Shown here: one piece after another, positions 52,522-64,000 of the stretch
Layout: every line of letters starts with the position of its first letter
Position numbering within the stretch: position 1 is the stretch's first letter
DNA from: Octopus sinensis
Lineage: Eukaryota
Direction of reading: 5' to 3'
Length of the DNA: 64,000 nucleotides
Assembly (NCBI RefSeq): GCF_006345805.1
Contig: NC_042998.1
Span: 103,788,001 to 103,852,000, forward strand
The notes under the pieces: model-generated
What the model was told of the DNA's origin: nothing
Database searches by the model: none
What the model saw: the letters and a program-made list of their open reading frames with translations, nothing else
Made by a program: the position numbers and the translations under genes

Positions 52522-53869
52522 TCCTTAGAATTTTTTACAGAAAGCCAAATGGCATAAATGGTAGGGTTCCTGCTAGTTTATTCCTTAAGTTTCGTTTGCT
52601 TCATATTCGTTTTCAGGGCGGTATTGAATTGTTTATTTCCCATAGAGATGCTAGAGCAAATGGTATAACATAATTGGATCAATCTTAGTTCTTGTTGCCA
52701 AAATATCTTAGCATCATAGTATGGATTGAGGTAAACTGTAATTTTAAGCTAAGTTACGGAAGCAGTTTTCAAAATATTTGAATAATTTCCGTCCATTTAC
52801 AGGTAGAGGTTTACTGTTTTGTTCATTTTAAATTTCTGTCACCTGTAGGTATGAAAGCAAGCACTACTCAATTGCCGCAAGAATTAGCGCAAATTATATA
52901 TAAATGGAAGCTTAACGATACGAAAGAAAACATCCAATCGAATTGAAGAAAACACCGTTGATAGCTCCTGAAGTTTCGAGTGAATTTAGTATCTAATAAA
53001 GGCTTATCTTAGCTTATTTTATCACAAAAATATTTTGTTATAAAACAGGCAAATATGTGTTAGAAACATGGGATATATATACTTTAGGAGGTTTCTTTCC
53101 TGATTTGCTGCTACGACGAACAGTAAATTGATTCTTGAAGATATGACTATACGAGTATGTTACAGATAGAAACCTTAAGAATCTGGTACCCCAAAATTGA
53201 ACTGCTGATTCTTGTTACACATAATGACGTAGAAGGGGATTTTTTTCACCATCGTCTCATTCACGAGATAGATGACAAATGTGCAGAGTCAGTGATTCGA
53301 TTCTATTGGTGATTATACTCATAGTTACGGTTTTTTTAAATTATCTGTGTATAAACAGTACTGAGCAAGTAGACAAAGATAAAGACGTACGATGACACGA
53401 GCATTATGTAGCGATGCGTTTAGGTAAAGATTAAAGTATGTATCATATCTAAATTGAATTGATAAATTCAGTTTATATTGTAGCGCAAATAACTGGGGAA
53501 TTAGTAAGTTTACAAAGAGCGGCAATAAGCTTGAATTAATTAAAGGGTTGTTGTGACGAACGAGCAATACCAGGTGACAATCCCTTGGCCGGGGCAAGCA
53601 CTATCAAAACTGTTGTGTATGACCAGCGCGTCACTGTCAAGCCAAATCGTAAATGATCACATGATAAGCAGAAATATATTGAAGAGTTTTATGAGAACAG
53701 GAATCGGAGGTCCATCAAGGAATATTTGGTGGTCATAATCGTGTTTTGAAGTTTGCTTCGCATTCTCGATATCCTGGTTTCAATATCACTTGTGACATCA
53801 TGAACAAGTGTGTGCCACATAAACTTGGGAAGAAACAAACCTTCCAGACTGAAATTTTAAACAAATTTT

Positions 53870-54250
53870 TAAGGCGGTGAGCTTGCATGCTTAGCGGTCT
53901 TGGCGTTCTCAGTTCAAATTCTGCCGAGGTCGACTTTATCGGAGTCGATTAAAATAAGTACCAGTTCAACACTAGGGTCGATATAATCGACATATTTCCA
54001 TCCCTAAGCTTGCTTGCCTTGTGCCAGAATCTGAAATCATTATTACTATTATTATCAAAGTAGTGAGCTGGCAGAATCGTTAGAACGCCGGACACAATGC
54101 TTAGCGACATTGCGGCCATCTTTACGTTCTAAGTTCAAATTCCATAAAAGTCGACTTGGTCTTTCATCCTTGCAAGTTCGATAAAACGAATAGCATTTCA
54201 CCACTTGTATTCATGTATTCGACTTCCTCTCCCCTCAAAATTGCTAAAAG
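53870..54250 (+). mobile_element. Two adjacent decayed SINE family B copies
   Basis: Heads aaggcggtgagct (53872) and agtagtgagctggcagaa (54059). The first ends in an attattactattatt tail. Confidence 0.75.
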
Positions 54251-54436
54251 TATTATTCTTTAATAGCGCTCTATTGACATTTTCATATCTGATTTGTTTA
54301 ATTTCTGGACGTTTAAAGCAAGATAAATTCATCTTCTGCATGTATGTAATTGAAGTAGCTACACACACACACACACACATACACACACGCGCACGTATGT
54401 ATATATGCATAAGTATGTGTGTATATATATATATAT

Positions 54437-54709
54437 CACGTGATCACGTGACCGACCAGACCATCAGATGTTGTTACACATCGCTGGTCACAATGCGTTC
54501 GCATTGTTTTTTTTTAGCCTTCGAATGACGCCACCCGCTGGCTAAGCGAGCAGGCCAACAGAAGAAAGAGTGGGAGAAAGTGTTGTGAAAGAGTACAGCA
54601 AGGATCACCACCCACTGCCGGAGCCTCGTGGAGCTTTTTAGGTGTTTTCGCTCAATAAACACTCACAACGCTCGATCCTACAACATAACCACTGGACCAT
54701 TGCGCCTCC
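54437..54709 (-). mobile_element. SINE family C copy
   Basis: Reverse complement of 42051-42341 with a deletion in the head. (TA)n flanks. Confidence 0.9.
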
Positions 54710-54758
54710 ATATATATATATATATTAAATAGATAGATACTTATACCTGTATGTATGC

Positions 54759-55489
54759 ATTCTTTTATTTGTTTTAGTCATTTTACTGCGGCCAGGCTGG
54801 AGCACCGCCTTTAGTCGAGCAAAATCGACCCCAGGACTTATTCTTTGTAAACTTAGTACTTATTCTATCTTTCTGTTTTACCGAACCTCTAAGTTACGGG
54901 GATGTAAACACACCACCATCGGTTGTCAAGCGAGTTGGGGGGGACAAACAAAGACGCACAGAAACACACACACACACACTCTCTCTCTCTTTCACACACA
55001 TACACACACTCTCTCTCACACACCCTACACACACATATATACATACGACAGGCGTCTTTTGGTTTCCATCTACCAAATGCACTCACAAGGCTTTGGTCGG
55101 CCCGAGGCTATAGTAGGAAACACTTACCCAAGGTGGTACGCCATGGGACTGAACCCGGAACCATGTGGTTGTTAAACAAGCTACTTACCACACAGCCACT
55201 CCATGCGTACATATAGGCATGTATGCATGTATATATCTACCTATTGTATTATACTTTTATTTCAATCATTTGGCTGCGGCCATGCTGCAGCACCGCTTTT
55301 AGTCGAAGAAATCGAGCCCAGGACTTATTCTTTTTGAGCATAGTACTTCTTCCATTTTTCTCTTTTGTCGAGCCGCTAAGTTACGGGGACGTAAACACAC
55401 CAACATCAGTTGTCAAGTGATGGTGGGGGACAAATAAAGACACACAAATACATACATATATCCAAACATATATATTATATATATATATA

Positions 55490-55548
<59 letters not shown>

Positions 55549-55703
55549 GGGCTTCTTCCAGTTTTCCGTCTACTAAATTCACTCACAAGGCTTTCGTCGT
55601 CCCGAGGATATAGAAGACACTTGCCCAAGGTTCCACGCAGTAGAACTGAATCCAGAAGCATGTGGTTGAGAAGCAAGCTTTTTACCACAAGGTCACCCCT
55701 GCG
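54759..55703 (-). mobile_element. Two consecutive SINE family A copies (54759-55205 and 55251-55703)
   Basis: Each has a tail, a central microsatellite and a head. Confidence 0.85.
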
Positions 55704-56677
55704 CTTAAAACAAATACATGACATTTTGATACAATATAAAGGATATAATAGAAATTAATAGTCACAAGTCAAATTTTGCAAAATCACATATGAAAAATGA
55801 CATCGCTTAAATGGCAGCCATTTTCGGCTTCGCACGTCCATGCTTTTTGCAAAACTTGCGCCATAACTCCTTCAAGAGTTTCAGACACGGCTTCTCTGAT
55901 TTCTCTATTGTTGTTCTCTTTCAGTTGCACCAAGGTCTCCGATTTGCTGCCGTAAACCCTCTCCTTCAGGTATACCCACAAGAAAAAGTCCGGACTAATC
56001 AAGTTTGGGGAACGTGACATTGCGGTGACAGGAAATTATTCTATCTCCAAAGAACTGCCGTAGCAACTGCATAGTTTCTCTTGTGGTATGAACAGTTTTT
56101 AAGGCGACGAGCTGGCAGAAACGTTAGCACGCCGGGCAAGATTCGTGGCCGTATTTCGTCTGCCGTTACGTTCTGAGTTCAAATTCCGCTGAAGTTGACC
56201 TTGCCTTTCATCCTTTCGGGGTCGATAAATTAAGTGCCAGTTACGCACTGAGGCCGATGTAATCGACTTAATCCCTTTGTCGGTCCTTGTTTGTCCCCTC
56301 TGTGTTTAGCCCCTTGTGAGTAGTAAAGAAATAGGTATGAACATTTTCCCCATCTTGGTGGAACCATGTGTGAGGCCTACTTTGAATGGCCTTCACGTTC
56401 CACAGACTCGACTAGCCCAGATTTTTGCTTGTGAGGATAAATGAAAGAGAGAGTTTACGTCAAACCGGAGACCTTGTGCAACTGAAGGAGGACACGGTCA
56501 TGCGAAGCTAAAAATGGCTGTCATTTAAGCGATGTCATTTTCATGTAATGTAGCAGTGTTGCAAAATTTGACTAATGCATATTAATTTCCATAATGTCCT
56601 TTATATTGTATCAACATTTCATGCATTTCTTCGTAAAGTTATTAAAAATTGAAGCCCATCAGTGAGTTTTGGATACC

Positions 56678-56680
<3 letters not shown>
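55702..56680 (-). mobile_element. Internally deleted Tc1/mariner-superfamily transposon (maT/DD37D-like) with long TIRs, interrupted by a SINE
   Basis: C-terminal transposase QDGENVHT..SRSPNLISPDFFLWVYLKERVY (55784-56020). ~130-bp inverted repeats at 55702-55835 and 56500-56635. Right end ..GGATACCCTG|TA. Confidence 0.85.
56101..56338 (+). mobile_element. SINE family B monomer with target-site duplication
   Basis: ggtatgaaca at 56085-56094 and 56334-56343. Confidence 0.9.
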
Positions 56681-56725
<45 letters not shown>

Positions 56726-56727
<2 letters not shown>

Positions 56728-57022
56728 TAGCAGTATCGCCCGGCGTTGCTCGGGTTTGTAAGGGAAATAACTATATAAGCATTTTTAGAGAGTTACTTAT
56801 ATAACCGAGCAAAAATCATTAAAAATGCGGAAAAGTGATGGTAAATTTTTTTTTAAATCGTAGACTCATCGTAGACGCGCGCTAATACCCAGAAGAGCTC
56901 GATATGAATCACGACTATAAGATACCCGCTTTTGGTTAAACTGCACCACAAAATGTGGGAGTAGTTAGGAATCTAAATCGGAGTAGACAGTCACACACAA
57001 CTTTAGTTTTATATATAAAGAT
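56726..57022 (+). mobile_element. Non-autonomous Helitron-related element (Lep1/HINE-like)
   Basis: 5' actagcagtatcgcccggcgttgctcggg (ACTAG plus short hairpin) and 3' agacagtcacacacaactttagttttatatataaagat. Inserted in (TA)n. Confidence 0.65.
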
Positions 57023-57120
57023 ATATATATATATACAACACCTACATAGTCTCTCTTTCTCCCTCCTTCTCCTTACTCTCCATTCACACACACATCGAAA
57101 TACACATGTGCACCCACGCA

Positions 57121-57172
<52 letters not shown>

Positions 57173-57436
57173 TGTATGTATATATATATAAATATGATGT
57201 ATGTATATATGTATGTAAGTATATATGTATATATATATATAATATATATACTATATATAATATATATATATAATGTAGAAGTACCAAATTTAGGATAATT
57301 CAATTTACATATACATTTATATTCATTCAGCCCTAGACCCAACTTACTACTACATTATTCTAACGCCTCAGATTTGAATATCTGGACCACTTCAAAGTGA
57401 AGTCTATGCATTGGATAAACTGTTCTACCTCATATA

Positions 57437-57501
<65 letters not shown>

Positions 57502-58130
57502 CTCTCCCCATCACTCTTTCGTTTACCCTCTCCAGTTTGAACTTAATACTTCTACACTAACAATATATCATATTTTTCATCGACGTTCATTATTTTATAC
57601 CCTCGTTAAAGAATATTATGTGTACAATCTTTATGCATATATATGCATGTATGAATGTATATAGGTATGTATGTGTATATGTGTGTGCATGTATTCATAT
57701 CTGTATGTGTACGTAAATGTGTGTGTATAAATGTATATGTTTCTGTTCACACATACACGCACATACACATGCATACAAATGTTTGTAGGGGTGGTACTTC
57801 TTTACGTCGTTACTTGAGCCGATTACACTTGAGAGGTTCGTCTTGCTGTATTCTTACAATGTAGTTTTGTAGTGGGTGGTGTCGAGAGGCGTATGTTTAT
57901 CCCAACCCCCACCTTTACAGAGAGTCTGTCCTCTGCACAGACTATTGACGAACGAAAGCACCGCTTATCTCTGACGCCATTCTAACCCCCACCCACCCGT
58001 CTCTATGCGCTGGTCTTGTTTGTTGTGCTGTCCAAATCAATTAAGACTTCAACGGTCTTTCAACCAGAAGACCAAACACGCAATTTGGCTATATTTACTA
58101 AATCTTTTTGTTCTTTGCCCTCATATATTA

Positions 58131-58206
<76 letters not shown>

Positions 58207-58263
58207 AAAACATATAAAAATATATAATATAATAATATAATATATATATATATTAAATAAATA

Positions 58264-58298
<35 letters not shown>

Positions 58299-59109
58299 AT
58301 ATATATTAATATATATATACATATATTATAATATATACATAATTATATGATATATATATATATATTATATTAAATATATACATAGATATATATATATATT
58401 ATATATAAGATTTACTAAATATATATATAGAGAGAGGAGAGAGACGACAGACAGACAGAGAGACAGAGACAGAGAAAAGCGGGAGAGAGAGAGATACACA
58501 TATGTACACATATCTATTGTTGTATACATTATACCTATGTATGTACACACACACATATATATGCATATTATGTGTGGGGGACTGCGCGAGCGCGTGCATA
58601 CATACATGTGTATATGTATTCTTATCTCGGGAGCATCTTTCAAACCTTGAATGCATGTTGCTGCCGTTCTTCCTTTACTTCACCACCGTCGCAGTCATTT
58701 ACCCTTCTCGTCACCGCCTTCGCTGCTGCTATCACCGCTATCGACGGTGATGCCACCAGCGCTACTTACGGCGTCACAGAAGCCTCTGTTTTTCGGCGAT
58801 GTTGTCGCTTTCGTCTTCACTATTGACGGCAGCTGTTGGTGTTATTCATGTTTCTCCTATGCGCTTGTTACTGAATATCAGTCGCGTGTGTCGTTAATTG
58901 CTTGTGGTTATGTTGCTTGTTTTTTTATTATTTAACTGTTGCTGTTGTTGCAGTTCTTTGCTGTTGTTGCTCTTGTTTATATAAAAATGAAACAACAGCA
59001 AATGTTCCAGCAACGATACACAAAATGTAATGCAATGGTAAAATTAGTAATATCGGTCATGCAGAAACAGGAGACAGCAGGATTTTGGAAACGATGTAAC
59101 GTATTGATT

Positions 59110-59475
59110 TCAAATTTTGGCACTAGGTCAGCAAGTTCGGGATTTGAACCCAGAAGATGAAGACGGACAAACTGCCGCTAAACATCCGGTGTGCTAACGA
59201 TTCTGCCAGCTCACCGCCTGAAAACGATGTAACATTCACAGGAAACTGGTATTCAATCGGTATTTTCTTTGATTTAATCATAGAAGAATGAAAGAGAAAA
59301 TACCCTGGTGGGGTTTATACTTTGAACGTAATGCAAACTAACTCACCACTGAGTATAGGTGTACACCGCTCTTCGGCATCCTAGAAAGAACTGTTAAATA
59401 TTCCTCAGACCACACTGAGTAATTCTAGGTATTTTATCCTCTGCTGCTCGCAAGAATATTGCTAAGCTATCTTTA

Positions 59476-59529
<54 letters not shown>

Positions 59530-59657
59530 GCCACTGCTGCTAATGCTCCTACTGCTGTTGCTAATACTGGTATTACAACAACTACTACTATTACTATTAG
59601 TGCTGCTGCTGTTGCTACTGCTACTACAAGTAGCATCAGCAGCAGCAGCACAGCAGC

Positions 59658-59696
<39 letters not shown>

Positions 59697-60560
59697 TGTT
59701 GTTGTTGTTGTTGTTGTTGTTGCTGCTGCTGCTGCTGCTGCTGTTGTGAAGAGCAAGGCAAGTTTATAAAACATCTAATCTGACTGGTACATTATTCTAT
59801 ATACATGAAAGGTAAAATTGAACTCGGCGGTTTTTGAACTCAGAACATAAAGAGTCCAAAAATAATTTTTTCCATCGTTCTTTACGATTCTGCCACCTTG
59901 ACACCCTCAATTGGCACCATGTCAGATACTTTGGACTCAAGAGTTACTCGATTAAATCGAAACCAGTACTTTACTGCAACCTTTTTAAATCGCTATTCAG
60001 TCACCCATAAAACAAAAGGCATAGTCGATTACGGTGGAATTCGAACTTAGAATGTAAAGAAACGTGATTAAATACAGGATAGAATATTTTTCTCTCTTTC
60101 TACTCAATGGTACCACTCATCATACGTTTGGAAACAACCATAAGATCTAATGCAAGAACAGATTCAAGGATTTAGAGGATGAGTTTTGTCGGTTAAATTT
60201 AGGCTCAGTACTTGAGTGGTGTCTATTTACCGATCCAGGAACGACGAAATGCAACGTTGGCCTAATTAAGTTTTGAGCTCGGAAAGTAAAAGGCAAATGC
60301 AAATACATGTTATTTTGCCCGACATTCTAGCGTTTCTCCTTGTCCACAGCTTTGAAATTTCTTATATTGGCAGAAGCCCACTAATTATGAGGAAAGCTTC
60401 GTCGATTAAAATGACTCCAATATTCCACTCCTGAAAAATAAAAAGTAAAATGAATCTCTGCAAGATTAGAACACAAACTGCAAAATAAAGTGACAGTTTA
60501 CCGCAAGACATTTAGTCCAGTACACTACCAAATTCTACCGTTCACGATCCATTTAATAGA
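59110..60560 (-). mobile_element. Cluster of old SINE family B-like fragments
   Basis: Repeated decayed motifs ..gatttgaac.cagaa..acgattctgccagctcaccgcc at ~59110-59220, 59790-59900, 59920-60080, 60170-60330 and 60380-60550. Confidence 0.55.
59477..59746. repeat. Compound trinucleotide tract (CTA/CTG/CAG/TAG/TTG)
   Basis: Direct inspection. Source of ORF 59394-59774. Confidence 0.95.
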
Positions 60561-61303
60561 TGTCAAAATGACAATAATTATGATGATTTCTTTATTTTGC
60601 TATAAGCGGGACAAATGAGTAAAAGGATGTACAAGATCAAGTTACAAAAATTATCGGGATTGACACAAAGCCGGCTCTGAAAAACTTATACGCCAAAGTA
60701 GAAATAAGAAATGAATGGGATGTTAGTGAAGGGATGAGAGAGAAACCGTTGTTTTCGATTCGTCATGTGTTTACTGTTAAAAGATTGTACTCAGAATGAT
60801 CATTAAATAAGAAACGACAAAGTAACGAAAGTTATTCTCAAGTAGTGGCTTTGTTAGATAATTTTTTTCTATCACCTGGTTCTGTAATTATATGAGAATG
60901 AAAGACATATTTAGAATGAGAGGGAGAGAATATGAAAGAAGAAATGCGAGTAGTCTCTAACATCACGTACATTTTAAGTTATCAGTAGTTTCGGTTGTTT
61001 GACAGTCTCTTCATATTTTGGTAGTCGAACAACAGCTGGTATTGAATACCACCAAGCATTAACATATCACTATGAGCTGGTCTTTGTCTCCTGCCTGTCG
61101 CTGTGTTGTTCTCAAACTGCTAGCTTTCTGTAAGCTTCATAACAAATCTGATTAGACAGATTTGTGATGACGTCATCACTTACAAGTCCAGCAATTTTTT
61201 TCCATTTAATATCTTTATGAAATCTAAGTATAGACCTGTTGCATATCTATTTGTATAGAGCTGCTTTATATCTATTTGAACAATAGGTTATTGTACAATA
61301 ATA

Positions 61304-63071
61304 ATATCTGTTATCTGTCACTGATAAACACAATTCAACAATAGTTTACTGACGACACATTAATTTATCAAAATTCAAATATCTGCTCCAATCACATTGG
61401 AACTTCCAACTATAAAGATCTATTAGAATTGGCCAGCATCATTCTGAAATTGAGACTACGGAGGCCGAGAAATTTTGGAGCAGCTTTTAGGCATCTTATA
61501 TAATTCCAAACAAACTGAAAGAATTTATACGACAATAGGATAAAACCCTTGATAAAATAGTGGAACTAAAACACAGTCACAAACAAAATACGTTCATATA
61601 TACACAGATATACGCAATAGATAACAAAAATTTTATTATGCATTTTTATTGTTGTTGATTTTTAAGAATACTTGATCAGATCACAGTATTTTTGTTGATT
61701 TAGTATTCGTCCATTCACAATGAATAAAATTTTATGTTTATCGATATTTTTCTTTAGAGCTGATATTAATATATGTTATAATATTTGAAATGTACGTAAT
61801 CAGGATCTGTGTGATTGTGTATAAGTATAATTATGTAAAACTGCATTGTTTTCTTTTATTATATATTACATACGCTTTTATATATATTGAAATAGTTTCT
61901 TGTCAGGTATAAAAATACATATATAGTTGAAATTTATTTAAATTAATTTTCATTGCTGCCTTTGTCAGTTATTTTTATGTCTTCATATGACAAATATTAA
62001 AAAAACTTACACGATCTCTACATTCAAGCACATAAATTATTCATAAATATAGGGTTTATGGAAAATAACAAAAGTGTATTGTGGTGAAGTTTCAAAAAAT
62101 ATATTTTACATTAAATTAGTAAACTACATTCCTTAATTTTATTTTAATAATTAGTTGAAAATCATCATAAAGATAATTATAGATAGCAAGGCTATATAAA
62201 TTCTGAAGCAACAACCTGCCATTTAAAATGTTATATCAAATGAAATTTTGAATGAAACTTCCATCTATAGAATTATTTCAGACAGAGAATTTAAAAGGGT
62301 TTAAAAATAACGTCATCTGGTATTGGTTTCTAATGGTATGTTTTATAAGTTTATATAAGTTTCAGTTTTAACATAACTAAAATATATCATATACATTATA
62401 ATGAAAGCTGTTTTTGTCGCAGAAGGTAATATATGTATACAGGTGTGTGTTTATCGTAAACACTCTGAACTATCAAGAAGTCGTCAGTCAAATAGAAGTG
62501 TTCAAATCTTATCAGATAATTGCTTTTTGATAAATGCTTGTATGTATTCCTTCTTTTATAATGATTAATCGTCAAAAATGCAACTCTGTTTAATTGCGTA
62601 ATATATAGAGCACTAATGAATCTGTTGGTAATGCGTTCTCTAGATGACCATGTAAACTTAAAGGGGATTATTCTCACGATTCACGAAAATAGGCAAACAT
62701 CTCAGAAGATAATAAATTCACACTGATATAAATGTTCTTTTTGGTTTATTTTCTAAGTTTCTGCCCATTAAATTGGGAAAATGTCGCTATGAATCTGTAG
62801 AAAGAAAGATTCTTCATATACCTTACTTTTCTTTTTATAATACTGATTTCTTACATTGTCACAAGTCCAAAACTTTTGGTAACGGAAACAATCGATCATA
62901 TCAACCACACTAATAAACTCGGGCTAATTTTATCAAATCCAGAAAGATGAATGGCACTTCAGCGAGATTTGAAATCAAAACCTAAAAGGAAAGTATGATT
63001 AAAGCCGGTGGTATACACATTCTGGAATTGCGAATTAAAAATGAAATTATTTTTATGTTTTTTGGTCACCA

Positions 63072-63107
<36 letters not shown>

Positions 63108-63461
63108 TGGGTATGGTAGATGACTTCAGCAAAAATTTAGATTCAGATGAATATGGTACTTAACACGGGGCACAAGAACTTAGTATGGTATTATCCATAC
63201 AATTTCAAAGTAAGGTGATTAAAATCAAAATAAGTAACAAGGATATCCAGTTTATTTGGAATTATATACGATGCCTAAAAGCTGCTTCAAAATTTCTCGG
63301 CCTCCGTAGTCTCAATTTCAGAATGATGCTGGCCAATTTTAATAGATCTTTATAGTTGGAAGTTCCAATGTGACTGGAGCAGATATTTGAATTTTGATAA
63401 ATTAATGTGTCATCAGTAAACTATTGTTGAATTGTGTTTATCAGTGACAAATAACAGATAT
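61304..63461. repeat. 214-bp inverted repeat pair (61304-61517 and 63248-63461) with a 1.73-kb spacer
   Basis: Manual comparison gives 7 substitutions and no indels (~97% identity). Confidence 0.92.
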
Positions 63462-63494
63462 CCTCCGGATATCCTCGTTGCTTATTTTGATATT

Positions 63495-63584
<90 letters not shown>

Positions 63585-64000
63585 GAGATAGATAGATAGA
63601 TAGACATGTTTCTTTATTAGCCACACAGGGCTGCACACAGACGGGACAAATTACAAGGTAGAGCTTTTCTTTTGGGGGTTTGGTTTTCGATCAAAAGGGA
63701 TCGTAAAATGAAAGAAAGAGGAAGAAAAAGGGGGGGGTAAAAATAAAAGGAAAAAGAAGAAAAAAATCGATCAATAGGGATCGTTATCACAGAAATGTCA
63801 ATATAAAATGTAAAGGGTAAGACAGGTGAGGTTTACCCGTGGAAAGAAAAGCCTACGGAAAAGACCACGGTAACCTCGATCAATGAAGTCACATGTTATA
63901 TTTTTTTTTACAAATAAGCAACTCTCTGTATTAATTTTTACGGTGCATAAGATCATAGTCAAGGTGGCTTCGTCATTCATACGTGCCATCCTTGCTACAT

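Noticed and set aside
57921-57985. Possible plus-strand terminal exon SLSSAQTIDERKHRLSLTPF*
   Set aside because: Acceptor only; its phase does not join the 36.5-kb exon directly.
59394-59774. Mucin-like poly-T/A/V ORF
   Set aside because: Product of the compound trinucleotide tract.
61345-61372. FTDDTLIY as a reverse-transcriptase YADD-like motif
   Set aside because: No flanking RT motifs, and the differences between the two arms are not codon-constrained.

Overview
AT-rich, microsatellite-saturated eukaryotic DNA, very probably from an octopus (inference from the SINE families, the repeat load and a mollusc-type 5S copy). No complete host gene is recognisable. Most ORFs in the supplied track are translations of simple repeats. 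Supported content: a 5'-truncated R4/Dong-clade retrotransposon (zinc knuckle plus restriction-like endonuclease) sitting in a (TAA)n tract; a CR1-like LINE 3' end; RTE-like and Tx1-like LINE remnants; several Tc1/mariner and pogo relics and MITEs; a Lep1-type non-autonomous Helitron; at least four tRNA-derived SINE families; a dispersed 5S rRNA copy; and a 1.78-kb tandem duplication that may be an assembly artefact. The most interesting signal is a set of short non-coding elements carrying minimal hammerhead-ribozyme cores of the Penelope type and inverted (fold-back) duplications. These include a tRNA-headed, (AAT)n-linked, hammerhead-tailed element at 44201-44496 and a double-hammerhead palindrome at 15590-15830. 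There are also weak hints of spliced exons on both strands. All calls were made by eye, without alignment or database tools.
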